Below, one piece after another: positions 19,560 through 28,830 of a stretch of 64,000 nt of DNA. Where the stretch lies: assembly GCA_963674705.1 (NCBI GenBank), contig OY771506.1, positions 4,384,001 through 4,448,000 on the forward strand, in the 5' to 3' direction. The DNA is from Phycisphaeraceae bacterium (GTDB taxonomy: Bacteria; Planctomycetota; Phycisphaerae; Phycisphaerales; Phycisphaeraceae). Every line of letters begins with the position of its first letter. The first letter of the stretch is position 1. Below the pieces are notes generated by a model, which was not told the DNA's origin, did no database searches, and saw only the letters and a program-made list of their open reading frames with translations. A program made the translations under genes and the position numbers.

Positions 19560-20804
19560 TTACTCTGCCGTTGGCAGGTCTTTGCCATCCAGCAGCCAGG
19601 CGAGGTTGAACTTGGCAATACAGATGTGCTTTGGAGCAAATGCGCCGAGGCCTTCCTTGACTCCGCCCCGCTCGAACAGGCAATAGATCGTGCCATCGTC
19701 TGCCACGGCCAGGTCGGTGTAACCGCTGCGATCAGGTTCGATCGTTCGGCTGACTGGCCAGGTTTTGCCATCATCGAAGCTGGCGCGGATGGTGACGTTG
19801 AGGCGCGAACGAGCTCCCCACTTCAAGACGACCTCATCACGGTGGCTGCTGTCGGGGCTGGTATAAAGCAGGATGTCCGGGCTCTTACCATCGGGATGCG
19901 GCATGCGAGTTAGGCTGGCCATGCAGATGGCGTCGTAAAGGCCCTCGTGAAACTCTGGCTCGCTCCAATCGGTTGCGCCGTCCGGGCTGATACTGATGAG
20001 TCGGCGGTACTTCTTGGATTGATTTCGGATGGATGACATCACCCGGCCGTCGGATAGCTCGACGAGTTGTGATTCACTTGGGCTGGGGACCTCTTCACTA
20101 TCATTAACGATGATGTCGCCGGCCTGCCAGGTCTTGCCACGATCGTCGCTGTAGATAGTAGATACGAGTGACGGGCGGTGTGAATGGTTCGGTGAAAGCC
20201 ATAGCGGTACGACGAATCGGCCGTTGCGCATCACAATGCCGTGGCCGGGCCCCATGGCGAGTACGGTCCATGGGTAATCATCTCGATCGCGGAATACATC
20301 AAAGACGTATGTGATCTCTTCCGGGGCAGACCAGGTTTCACCTTCATCTGTACTGACTTTGTGATATGCATGGTTGTAGTTGACCTGAAAGATCAGGTGA
20401 ACCGTATCGGTATCGGGTTCGACGATGAGGACGGGATTCTCGACGAGGTTTGTACCGTCGTCCATGATGATGGCCTGCTCGGTCCAGGTTTTGCCGCCAT
20501 CGGTGCTGCGTCGGATCATGGAATCGATGTTGACCCAGTCGCCGTGGCCGTCGAAGCGGGCGGAGCATAGGGCGAGGATGGTGCCCTTACGCGTGACAGC
20601 TAACGAAGGGATGCGGTAGGTCATGTAACCGTCGCGGCCGGCTTCATAGAGTTCGGTGACCTCGAAAAATGGTTTGTCATCCTTATTTGCCTTGGATTCG
20701 CCGACTGCCACGTGCGTTAGTGAAAGGCAGATGGTTAAGATGAACAGGACTATTACGTATGTTGGTTCAATTAATGATTTCAATAGAGGTCGCTTCTGAT
20801 TCAT
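19560..20804 (-). CDS. Secreted GH33 sialidase
   Basis: YRIP, Asp-boxes STDGGKTW, STDEGETW, SDDRGKTW and SFDDGKTW, SGYTD. Confidence 0.9.
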   Translation of the reverse strand: MNQKRPLLKSLIEPTYVIVLFILTICLSLTHVAVGESKANKDDKPFFEVTELYEAGRDGYMTYRIPSLAVTRKGTILALCSARFDGHGDWVNIDSMIRRSTDGGKTWTEQAIIMDDGTNLVENPVLIVEPDTDTVHLIFQVNYNHAYHKVSTDEGETWSAPEEITYVFDVFRDRDDYPWTVLAMGPGHGIVMRNGRFVVPLWLSPNHSHRPSLVSTIYSDDRGKTWQAGDIIVNDSEEVPSPSESQLVELSDGRVMSSIRNQSKKYRRLISISPDGATDWSEPEFHEGLYDAICMASLTRMPHPDGKSPDILLYTSPDSSHRDEVVLKWGARSRLNVTIRASFDDGKTWPVSRTIEPDRSGYTDLAVADDGTIYCLFERGGVKEGLGAFAPKHICIAKFNLAWLLDGKDLPTAE

Positions 20805-20870
20805 GATAACTCTCCAAGTGTCAATGGCCTGATCGTGGCAGGGATAGACATATTGATGTCGTCGGTATGT

Positions 20871-21833
20871 TTAACTGTGCTTACTAAGATCGATGAGATT
20901 AATAAGTGGCTGACTCTGGTGATATCGCATCAGATTTTCGATAAAGAGGTCACACAGGCGGTCATATTCCTGTACATAGCGCCCGGCGGTATGCGGCAGG
21001 ACGATGACGTTTGGCATGTCCCAGAATGGGTGATCGGCCGGGAGTGGCTCGGTTTCAAAGACATCCAGTCCTGCGCCGAAGAGGTGGCCCTCATTTAGTA
21101 CCTTAACCAGGTCTGATTCAACGACCAAAGCCCCCCTGCCGACGTTGTAGAAACATGAGCCCGGCTTCATTTTCCGGAACATGGATTCGTTGAACATGCC
21201 TTGCGTCTGTTTATTGGCCGGCAAGCTGAGTGCGACATGATCGCAATCCGGCAGGATACTGGCCAGATCATCAAAGCCGAAGATTTTCGCGACAGGTGGT
21301 TCCGGTTGCTCTTTGCCGGTACGTGTAACACCGATGACATTCATGCCGATACCGGTACAGCGTTTGGCTATCTCCATGCCGATTGAACCGAGTCCTACAA
21401 CACAAATGGTATCACCTGTAACCATGCGGTATGCATCCACTCGTTGCCAGAGATGCTGTTGCTGATCCCTGATATGCAGATTGATGCATCGGGATAAGGC
21501 AAACATCATCGCCAGGGTTTGTTCCGCACAGGCAACAGAGAAAATCCCCTTGGCGTTACACATGATGAAGTCTGTTTTTTTTTCGAGTCCACAATCCAGG
21601 TAGGGGTCGAAGCCGGCGCTACATAATTGGCAGAAGCGTATGTCTGAGTTGGCAACAGCCTTAGGATTAGGCCAGCCGACGACGATGTTGCAATCATGGA
21701 AAGCTTCGGTCTGAGTTGATTCGCCAAGCGTGTGGTCTACGCGATCTACTGTCGCCCAGCCTTCGACAACCTGTTGTATCTGTTGAAGGTGTTTATCTGT
21801 GAAGTGATTAACAGCAACCAGTATCTTTTTCAT
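20871..21833 (-). CDS. D-isomer-specific 2-hydroxyacid dehydrogenase
   Basis: GLGSIG, NVGRG, LDVFETEPL and PHTAG catalytic motifs. Confidence 0.92.
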   Translation of the reverse strand: MKKILVAVNHFTDKHLQQIQQVVEGWATVDRVDHTLGESTQTEAFHDCNIVVGWPNPKAVANSDIRFCQLCSAGFDPYLDCGLEKKTDFIMCNAKGIFSVACAEQTLAMMFALSRCINLHIRDQQQHLWQRVDAYRMVTGDTICVVGLGSIGMEIAKRCTGIGMNVIGVTRTGKEQPEPPVAKIFGFDDLASILPDCDHVALSLPANKQTQGMFNESMFRKMKPGSCFYNVGRGALVVESDLVKVLNEGHLFGAGLDVFETEPLPADHPFWDMPNVIVLPHTAGRYVQEYDRLCDLFIENLMRYHQSQPLINLIDLSKHS

Positions 21834-21848
21834 CGCAATACTCCCAAC

Positions 21849-23018
21849 TTATTCGTAAGCGCCCAGGACTTTGTAGTGCGTGCCCGGCTTGAAAGGATAC
21901 AGGGATTCGACTTGATCGGGCAGTTGCACACCGAGGCCCGGCACGGTCGGTGCCTTGAGCTTGCCATTTTTGATAATGATTGGATCAACCAAAAGGTTTT
22001 CACGTAGCGGGTTGGCGACACTTGGCACTTCCAGATACTTACAGCCCTCAGATGCAAATGCGGCGTGGAAGTTCCCCATCATGCCGATGCCACCGCTCCA
22101 AGCGTGAACCGCGATGGGAATCGATCGTTTCCAACAGAGATCGGCCACGGCTCGTAATACACTAATGCCGCCTATCAACGCGGCATCCGGCTGGAACAGG
22201 TCAAGTGCATCAGCTTCGATGTAGGCGTTGGCTTCATAAACACTGGTCGCGGTTTCTCCGCCGGCGATCTTGATCGGTGATTCGGCGCGGATGGCGGCGT
22301 ACGACTTGATATCGTTGACAGCGGCGGGTTCTTCGAGCCAAAGGATATTGTATGGTTCGATCGCACGGGCCACCGCCAAGGCGTAATCGACACACCATGG
22401 TTCTTGTGCCAATCCCTGTGCGGCATCGACCGCCAACTCACAGTCATCGCCGAGGGCATCTCGACAGATTTCGACTTTCTGAACGATCTGGCTTAATTCA
22501 GGCAGGTTGTTGATGCGGATCTTGACAGTGTTGAATCCCTGTTGGCGGTAGCCAACCATCTCTTCACGCAGTTCCGGTTCAGGCTTGGTGTTGCCGCCAC
22601 TTGCATAGACGGGGATTGCGTCGTGACATGGACCGCCAAGTAATTCATGAACCGGTTTGCTTTCACACTTGCCTTTCAGATCCCACAATGCGAGTTCGAT
22701 TCCGCCGATCACGCTCTGGTTCAGGCCGAAGCGTCCCCAATATCGGCTTGCCAGGTGGATACGCTGCCACACGGCCTGGATATCATGAGCATCCACACCA
22801 ATAAGGTCTGATTCAAATTGTTCGGTAAGCGCTTTAACTGCTTCAGGAGCGTAGACGCCGGCGTAGGTTTCACCGAGGCCGAACTGGCCGTCGTCTGTTT
22901 CGACGCGGATGATTGATGCGGAGCGTAGTCCGGTGCGTAGATGCAGGCGAACCTCATCGTCGCCGGGCGTAGCATACGGTGCGCTAAGTAGAATACACCT
23001 GACCGATCGGATCTTCAT
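21849..23018 (-). CDS. Mandelate racemase/muconate lactonising family enzyme (probable acid-sugar dehydratase)
   Basis: GLGE, ALWDLKGK, PVHELLGG, KIR, metal ligands D/E/E (VDA, LEEP, GET), VHAW and PGLG. Confidence 0.9.
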   Translation of the reverse strand: MKIRSVRCILLSAPYATPGDDEVRLHLRTGLRSASIIRVETDDGQFGLGETYAGVYAPEAVKALTEQFESDLIGVDAHDIQAVWQRIHLASRYWGRFGLNQSVIGGIELALWDLKGKCESKPVHELLGGPCHDAIPVYASGGNTKPEPELREEMVGYRQQGFNTVKIRINNLPELSQIVQKVEICRDALGDDCELAVDAAQGLAQEPWCVDYALAVARAIEPYNILWLEEPAAVNDIKSYAAIRAESPIKIAGGETATSVYEANAYIEADALDLFQPDAALIGGISVLRAVADLCWKRSIPIAVHAWSGGIGMMGNFHAAFASEGCKYLEVPSVANPLRENLLVDPIIIKNGKLKAPTVPGLGVQLPDQVESLYPFKPGTHYKVLGAYE

Positions 23019-23048
23019 AAGTATGTCCGTGTTGAATCGACTTCTTAA

Positions 23049-23978
23049 CTACTCAAATAATTCTGGTAACTGCTGCCGGGCAATCGGACGCAATCGCCCG
23101 GCCTCTACATCGGGAACACCCCGATAGGGCCAGCGCAGACGTGTGCCGACCTGGCTCCAATTACCCACTGCGGCAAGCAGCTTGTCTAACGCGGTATTAC
23201 TGTGACCGAGCTGATCGCGGTATGGCACGATGTGCTCTACCATGAACTGCATGATGCGTTTTTCCAGATCGAGTGCGGCAGCATAATCGGATTGAATCGA
23301 GGCCTGCCACTTCATCGCACCTTTAGGTGATAAGCAGGCTACGTTGCTGTATGAGCCATGAGCGCCGAGTGGCGTCATTGTGGCAAGTTCATGGCCCGGA
23401 ACAAAGATGGACAACCTCGGAGCGTGCTTCTTCATGGAAGCGAACCAATCCGCATCACCGCCGAGTACTTTCAGGCCGAAGAGTGTCGGGATGCGTTGAG
23501 CGAGCCGGCCGATACTCTCGAAGCCAAATGATCGTTTTGCGTGCCCCGGCATGTAAAGCACGAGACCGATTGGATCGACCGTTTCCGCGATCCGTTCGAG
23601 GAAGTCCCCCGCTTCCATCTCACTACAAGGCACCCAATCAGGCAAGATGACTTGGATAGCGCTGGGATTCAATGATTTGGCGCGGTGTGCGCGGCTGAGG
23701 CTGATGCGCGGGTCCATATGGCTAGCGCCGATCTGAAAAGGCATACCCATAGCTTCGCACTTTTCAGCCAGCAGTGCGTTGATGCGATCTGTTTCGGATT
23801 CATCCTGGTTGTGCAGTTCGCCGGTTGATCCGTTGGAGTAGATACCGTCGACCTGACAATCAATAAGGATATCGATCTCGTTTGCGAGATTGCCGAAGTC
23901 GATCGCATCATCGTCGACAATGGGCAACATGAGCGTACCCCATGTGCCTCGGATTTTGTTGGGATTTAAAGGTTTCAT
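23049..23978 (-). CDS. DHDPS/NAL-family class I aldolase, distinct from NanA
   Basis: NGSTGE, catalytic Tyr (LYMP) and Schiff-base Lys (GLKV). Confidence 0.87.
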   Translation of the reverse strand: MKPLNPNKIRGTWGTLMLPIVDDDAIDFGNLANEIDILIDCQVDGIYSNGSTGELHNQDESETDRINALLAEKCEAMGMPFQIGASHMDPRISLSRAHRAKSLNPSAIQVILPDWVPCSEMEAGDFLERIAETVDPIGLVLYMPGHAKRSFGFESIGRLAQRIPTLFGLKVLGGDADWFASMKKHAPRLSIFVPGHELATMTPLGAHGSYSNVACLSPKGAMKWQASIQSDYAAALDLEKRIMQFMVEHIVPYRDQLGHSNTALDKLLAAVGNWSQVGTRLRWPYRGVPDVEAGRLRPIARQQLPELFE

Positions 23979-24011
23979 AAATTACTCAAAGATTACCATT
24001 GAAGGGTTTGC

Positions 24012-27000
24012 TTATTCGGGATATTGCTTGAGCCATTCGACAAGTTTAGGCGTATCAAGAGTTCGGGTGAGACGGAAGACGGATGCAGGGCCGAGGTGCT
24101 GACCGAGGTAGATGAAGATGTGTTGGACGCCAGCCTCTTCATCGATAACCGCCCCACCGGGGTGCATACCATCGGCTCCAGTAACCATGATACCGCCACG
24201 AGTCATGAGCGTGCCTTCGAAACGCCAGTCACTACTACCTTCAGCAAGCTGCTGCGGATCAATGCTCCAGAGGTTGAGTGTCATACGGAGGCGTTGTTGC
24301 TCGTTACCTTGGCCCCCCCCGTTTCGGTTGGTGCAAACGGCTTCATAGCGTTTGGTGACGGGATTGAAGTCAAGCGCGACCGTATCCTGGGAAAATGGAC
24401 CATAGCCGACAATGTCTACCTCGTCGCGGACATCAGTGGCGCGTATCGTCGTCAGAGCGGGTGTTAGGGGCAACCAGCCATCAGGGGAATAAGCCTGCAT
24501 ATAACGCCAGGTTTTGCGCTCGGGCTCGAAGCTTTCTTTGCCATGACATCGAGCAACCATAACCATGGCGTTGTTGTGAAGGATGACAGTGGGTTCTATG
24601 GCATACGCCCATGGTTCGGGCATGTTGTAGATAATCTGCTCCCAGTCGCGTCCGCCGTCTTTCGAATAACGCACGATAAGCTCTTCGTTCTTGCCGTGTC
24701 CGAATGATACGATCCCATACTCAGGGTGCTCGAGAAGTTTAGGACCATTACAGATGACTGGACCGGGGATGTCATCCTCGCCGTAGGCTTGAGGGTGATG
24801 CTCCCATGATGCGCCACGGTCGGTAGAAGTGAATACACCATAGGGCGATACCAGCACAATCTCACCGTTGGATCTTCTGACCATACCATTACCAAAACTG
24901 ACCCGGCAGTTCTTTGTTTCCTGTTTAACGTATGTACGGATATCAATCGGCTTTGACCAGGTGCTGCCGCCATCATTGGAACGTGTGATGACCGTTTCGC
25001 TGAAGTATTTATCTTTGGGCTTCTTGATACCCCAACGTGGTGTATGCTGAGGTTTTCGCAGGAATGCAACGATAATAGTATCGCCATCCTTGACCGCAAC
25101 CGGCCAGCCGAGGTGGCTGTTATTACCGAGCAGATTTTCACCGTAGGGTACTACAACGGGTTTAAGCACCAGGGGGCCGGTGTCATGCGAATACTTTTCT
25201 TTGAGGAATCGTGTGACACGCAGCGAACGGGCGATCACCTCTTCACGATCACCAAAAGAAGGCGAGCGATCGAGATCTATCATTGATAGTGCCCTCCCAT
25301 CAGCGGGTGTGGGCAGGCCCGTATTTGTCAGAGCTTCGTGGACTGTCGTTGCGATGATGCCGGCAGCATAATCATCGGGGTGGATCTTGTCGGCAAAGTG
25401 ATCGCCCAGATCCTTTAAAGGTGTATTCATATCAATCGTTGCCACGCCGGTTTCGGCAACGACGCGGTCGATCGCCTGCTGGATCACTTCAAGGCGCGGG
25501 TCCTGATAGAACTTGTGGCCTTCGTAGATCGGAGCGAGTTTACCCCAGATGAATACCTTTGGCTTGCTGGGCAGTTTACGGTATGAATCGATCAGAGCTT
25601 CATAGTCCTTAATAAACAGGTCAGGATCGAATGGGTCTTCGTTCACATCGTTAATACCCAGATTGATGATGACGATGTCGGGATTGTGGACGATGGATCG
25701 GCGGTATGGGAGTTGCAATGCATAGCCGCGGTCCCAGTTCTTTAATACAAAACCGTTGACGACTGTTGATCCGGACACGCCGTAGTTACGGACGTCGAAC
25801 AAGGGGCCGAGTTGATCTTCTAGCTGGGCCGGATAGCTGTAAATGTTAGCGTTGCTCGTGCCCATGCCGTACGTGATGCTGTCGCCTACGCAAGCGACAC
25901 GGAGCGTGTGCCAATTATCTGTGCGGAAAGGCGCAGCGGGCAGGCCTTCACTGTTGTAAAGCGTGACGGGCGGGTAGGATTCCCATGCATATCTGACGGC
26001 GACGGGATGGCTGACATTATCGCTTGTAAGAACGATCTTGTTGTTTACCAGTTCTGCCTTAGCCTTGGCGAAACGTTTATCTTCGCCGGCGATCCAGAAA
26101 CCGCTATCGCCTGATTCGCTTTCGCGTAGTTCCAGGCCGTTGGCGGTGTTGTTAAAAGTCAGCACGAGTGCGCCGTTATCCGGGCTGACGGATTTAAGTG
26201 TGGGGCCGGTATCAACGATTGTTTTGCCATACACACGGCTGAGTGCAAGTCGGGCCATGCGTTGGCCGACAGGTAGCTTGTTGCGAGGGTGGACATTCTT
26301 CGGGTCCCCCATGTCGATCGTCACAGCTAATCCGGATCGGGTCGCTTCAGACAGATCGGCCTGGCTCTCACGGAATTCGGGCCAGGCGTATCGGTAGATG
26401 CCCGGGAGTTGGGCGCAAATAACGGGTAAATCCTGTCTCCCAAAGGCATCCCGCCAGGACTTCACCGCCATAGGGAACATCATGTTGTGCAGGCGGATGT
26501 CCTCAGCGTTGGATTCACCCTGATACCAGATGATGCCGGCAACCGGAAGACCTTTATACGGTTCGATACCAGCCTGATACATGAAGCCGGACCGGTAATG
26601 GTGTTCTGCCTTCTTGCCGGGCTTACCTGCGTCGACCCATTCCTTGAGATGTAGGCTGGCACGTTCGTTTACGAATATGTCAGCAAGGGCGCAGTCGAGA
26701 AATTCGTCTTCGAGCTTGCGTAACTCAGGATCATCAACGATCTGTTGGCGAGGAATCCATGCCTGGACGGGTGTGCCCCCCACCGCCACGTCTATCAGGC
26801 CGATGGGCACGTTCAATTCATCATGGAGCATCATGCCGAAGTAATAGCCGATGGCGGAGAATCGGCCGGACACTTCTTCATCGCCATGGGTCCAACCTTC
26901 ATACGCAAAGAAACTCTTCGGGGTTAGCGTCTGATCGAGTTCAAGCGGCCAGGCCTGTTTGCCCCAAGGCGTGGTGATCTGCGGATCAAACAAACGGATA

Positions 27001-27476
27001 CCATCGATGTTCTGACTTTCTAAGGCAGTTTGTTCGCCCTCGGGCGTCAGCTTGAGCGTCCATGCCATGTTGGATTGGCCGGCACATATCCAGACTTCAC
27101 CTATAAGGATGTCCTGTAGCGTAATCGTTTCATCTGCGGCTTTGATGGTCAGCGTTTGTCCCTGATCATTTGCGGGCATTGCATCCAATACGACACGCCA
27201 GTTGCCGTTGGTATCGGCCTTGGTGCTGACTTGCTGGCCTGCGAATGAGACTTCAACCGAGGCGTCGGGGGAAGACTTACCCCAGATAGGCATCGGGACG
27301 TCTCGTTGGATGACCATGTGACTGGTAAACACATGGGGTAATACAAGGTCACTACCTTGTGCGACCGCAGTGCACCAACCAAGAAAAACGCAAGCGAAAC
27401 AGAAAACCCTGAAGCTATTTAGCCATGACATGCGAGAACGTATGAGATCCATCCCGTAGTATTCCTTGTTATCCAA
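24012..27476 (-). CDS. Tri-domain secreted protein: sialate O-acetylesterase + second SGNH/GDSL esterase + Asp-box beta-propeller
   Basis: GEVWICAGQSNM, WYQGESN and VHPRNK (SASA); GDSIT, LGIND and DKIHP (GDSL); SNDGGSTW, STDRGASW and SKDGGRDW Asp-boxes. Start uncertain (27476, 27452 or 27431). Confidence 0.85.
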   Translation of the reverse strand: MDNKEYYGMDLIRSRMSWLNSFRVFCFACVFLGWCTAVAQGSDLVLPHVFTSHMVIQRDVPMPIWGKSSPDASVEVSFAGQQVSTKADTNGNWRVVLDAMPANDQGQTLTIKAADETITLQDILIGEVWICAGQSNMAWTLKLTPEGEQTALESQNIDGIRLFDPQITTPWGKQAWPLELDQTLTPKSFFAYEGWTHGDEEVSGRFSAIGYYFGMMLHDELNVPIGLIDVAVGGTPVQAWIPRQQIVDDPELRKLEDEFLDCALADIFVNERASLHLKEWVDAGKPGKKAEHHYRSGFMYQAGIEPYKGLPVAGIIWYQGESNAEDIRLHNMMFPMAVKSWRDAFGRQDLPVICAQLPGIYRYAWPEFRESQADLSEATRSGLAVTIDMGDPKNVHPRNKLPVGQRMARLALSRVYGKTIVDTGPTLKSVSPDNGALVLTFNNTANGLELRESESGDSGFWIAGEDKRFAKAKAELVNNKIVLTSDNVSHPVAVRYAWESYPPVTLYNSEGLPAAPFRTDNWHTLRVACVGDSITYGMGTSNANIYSYPAQLEDQLGPLFDVRNYGVSGSTVVNGFVLKNWDRGYALQLPYRRSIVHNPDIVIINLGINDVNEDPFDPDLFIKDYEALIDSYRKLPSKPKVFIWGKLAPIYEGHKFYQDPRLEVIQQAIDRVVAETGVATIDMNTPLKDLGDHFADKIHPDDYAAGIIATTVHEALTNTGLPTPADGRALSMIDLDRSPSFGDREEVIARSLRVTRFLKEKYSHDTGPLVLKPVVVPYGENLLGNNSHLGWPVAVKDGDTIIVAFLRKPQHTPRWGIKKPKDKYFSETVITRSNDGGSTWSKPIDIRTYVKQETKNCRVSFGNGMVRRSNGEIVLVSPYGVFTSTDRGASWEHHPQAYGEDDIPGPVICNGPKLLEHPEYGIVSFGHGKNEELIVRYSKDGGRDWEQIIYNMPEPWAYAIEPTVILHNNAMVMVARCHGKESFEPERKTWRYMQAYSPDGWLPLTPALTTIRATDVRDEVDIVGYGPFSQDTVALDFNPVTKRYEAVCTNRNGGGQGNEQQRLRMTLNLWSIDPQQLAEGSSDWRFEGTLMTRGGIMVTGADGMHPGGAVIDEEAGVQHIFIYLGQHLGPASVFRLTRTLDTPKLVEWLKQYPE

Positions 27477-27494
27477 ATTAATGTAGTGTAATAA

Positions 27495-28664
27495 TCAGGC
27501 CTTCTGGTATGCGTCGATCACTTCTTTAGCATCGTTGAAGTCTTTGGATTCGTAGGTCATAACGATACCGGTGGGCCATTTTTGTCTGGCTTCGCCGCTG
27601 ATCAGTGCATCACGCCCTGGCTGATGGTTCGTAAAGGGGACACCGGCTGCCATGGTTTGCTGATAGATCGCGTCGACATCCATCATCCAGGGTTGGCCCA
27701 GGTCGAAGCCTTTCATGCCGGGTGTTTGGAGCATGGGTGCGATGAGGTGCTGGCCGTCGCCACAGAAGTGCAGCGTACCGCCACCGACGGCTTCTAGCAG
27801 ACGACCATCGTGCTTACGAACCTGCTCCGCGTACATGTCGGCGGACATCATGATGGCCGAGTCATTACGGATCAGCAGTCGGCCGGGCAGCTCCCATGCA
27901 TGCTGTGCTGAACCGAATGGATCGAGCCGATCAGTCGTGAATGCGCGGAACTTTGGCTCAACCATCAGCATGACATCGACGATCCGCTGAAGCAAAAGAT
28001 CGACCAAGTCGGGCTGTTCGTAAAATGCGATGAACATGTCGCTGCCCCACAGCAGGTCCGCGGTATCAAGCGGGCCTTGCAGGTCGGGCATGGCGATTTG
28101 GATTACGCGCTGAGCGTTAGGATATTTGGCGAGTTTTTCCGTGTAGTAGTTCAGCGTGGCAAATGAACGTTCGAGGATACCGCCGTACTCGAGGTCTGGC
28201 TCGGATTGATCGTTGGCGATGGCTTCGATTTCAGGACCGGTGCCGAAAGGTTTAATCCAGGGTGGATTGTTTTCGTGTTGCTCCCAGTGCCCACCCAGAA
28301 GCGATGCGATCTGGATGATGCCGTGGTTGTTGCGGATCAACATAGGGCTGTCATCTTTCAGTAGCAGCCCGGGCACAACGGAGGTCAACAATTCGTTGTG
28401 CATCATCGCGATCGGGCTATTGAATGCCACCTGATATGGATACACGCTGAACTTGTCGAAAGGCTCAGGGAGTGTCATCGCGGAGCTGAAAGGCAGGCGA
28501 CAGACAAGCGGCGGACGATCCACATCCTCGCAGACAAGTGCACTGCGATATCGGCTATCCACCTGGTTGCAATGCTCCTGATCAGCAAGGCGGTCGATGT
28601 GTTCAAGAAGTAGATCTAACTTATTTTCAGAAACTTCAACCGCTGCTTCTGAGTGTACAGACAT
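27495..28664 (-). CDS. Uroporphyrinogen decarboxylase / MtaA-CmuA methyltransferase-like TIM barrel
   Basis: DRPP, DLQGPLDTA, NDSAIMMS and LHFCG motifs typical of URO-D-like proteins. Function unknown. Confidence 0.7.
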   Translation of the reverse strand: MSVHSEAAVEVSENKLDLLLEHIDRLADQEHCNQVDSRYRSALVCEDVDRPPLVCRLPFSSAMTLPEPFDKFSVYPYQVAFNSPIAMMHNELLTSVVPGLLLKDDSPMLIRNNHGIIQIASLLGGHWEQHENNPPWIKPFGTGPEIEAIANDQSEPDLEYGGILERSFATLNYYTEKLAKYPNAQRVIQIAMPDLQGPLDTADLLWGSDMFIAFYEQPDLVDLLLQRIVDVMLMVEPKFRAFTTDRLDPFGSAQHAWELPGRLLIRNDSAIMMSADMYAEQVRKHDGRLLEAVGGGTLHFCGDGQHLIAPMLQTPGMKGFDLGQPWMMDVDAIYQQTMAAGVPFTNHQPGRDALISGEARQKWPTGIVMTYESKDFNDAKEVIDAYQKA

Positions 28665-28712
28665 CAGGCAATCCTTTCGGCATATCTTGAACCAGTCACG
28701 ATGCGATCCCGG

Positions 28713-28748
28713 ATAATAAAATGCGGGCGCCTGTGGTGGGGCGCCCGC
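28713..28748 (-). terminator. Intrinsic terminator-like hairpin between the PEP-CTERM gene and the catabolic operon
   Basis: 9-bp GC stem GCGGGCGCC/GGCGCCCGC with an 8-nt loop, followed on the minus strand by ATTTTATTAT. Confidence 0.6.
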
Positions 28749-28830
28749 GATCAGTGCTTGAAAACATTAGGTTCATCTTGCACACACTTCGGAAGCCGTT
28801 ACCCCTCCGACATGTGCGGGTAATTGTTGA

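Noticed and set aside
23049..23978. Calling this gene dapA or nanA
   Set aside because: Family-level motifs only; the NanA-specific motifs are in 35118-36074 and there is no lysine biosynthesis context.
27495..28664. Calling this gene hemE
   Set aside because: Lacks the N-terminal WxMRQAGR motif of true uroporphyrinogen decarboxylase and sits in a sugar operon.
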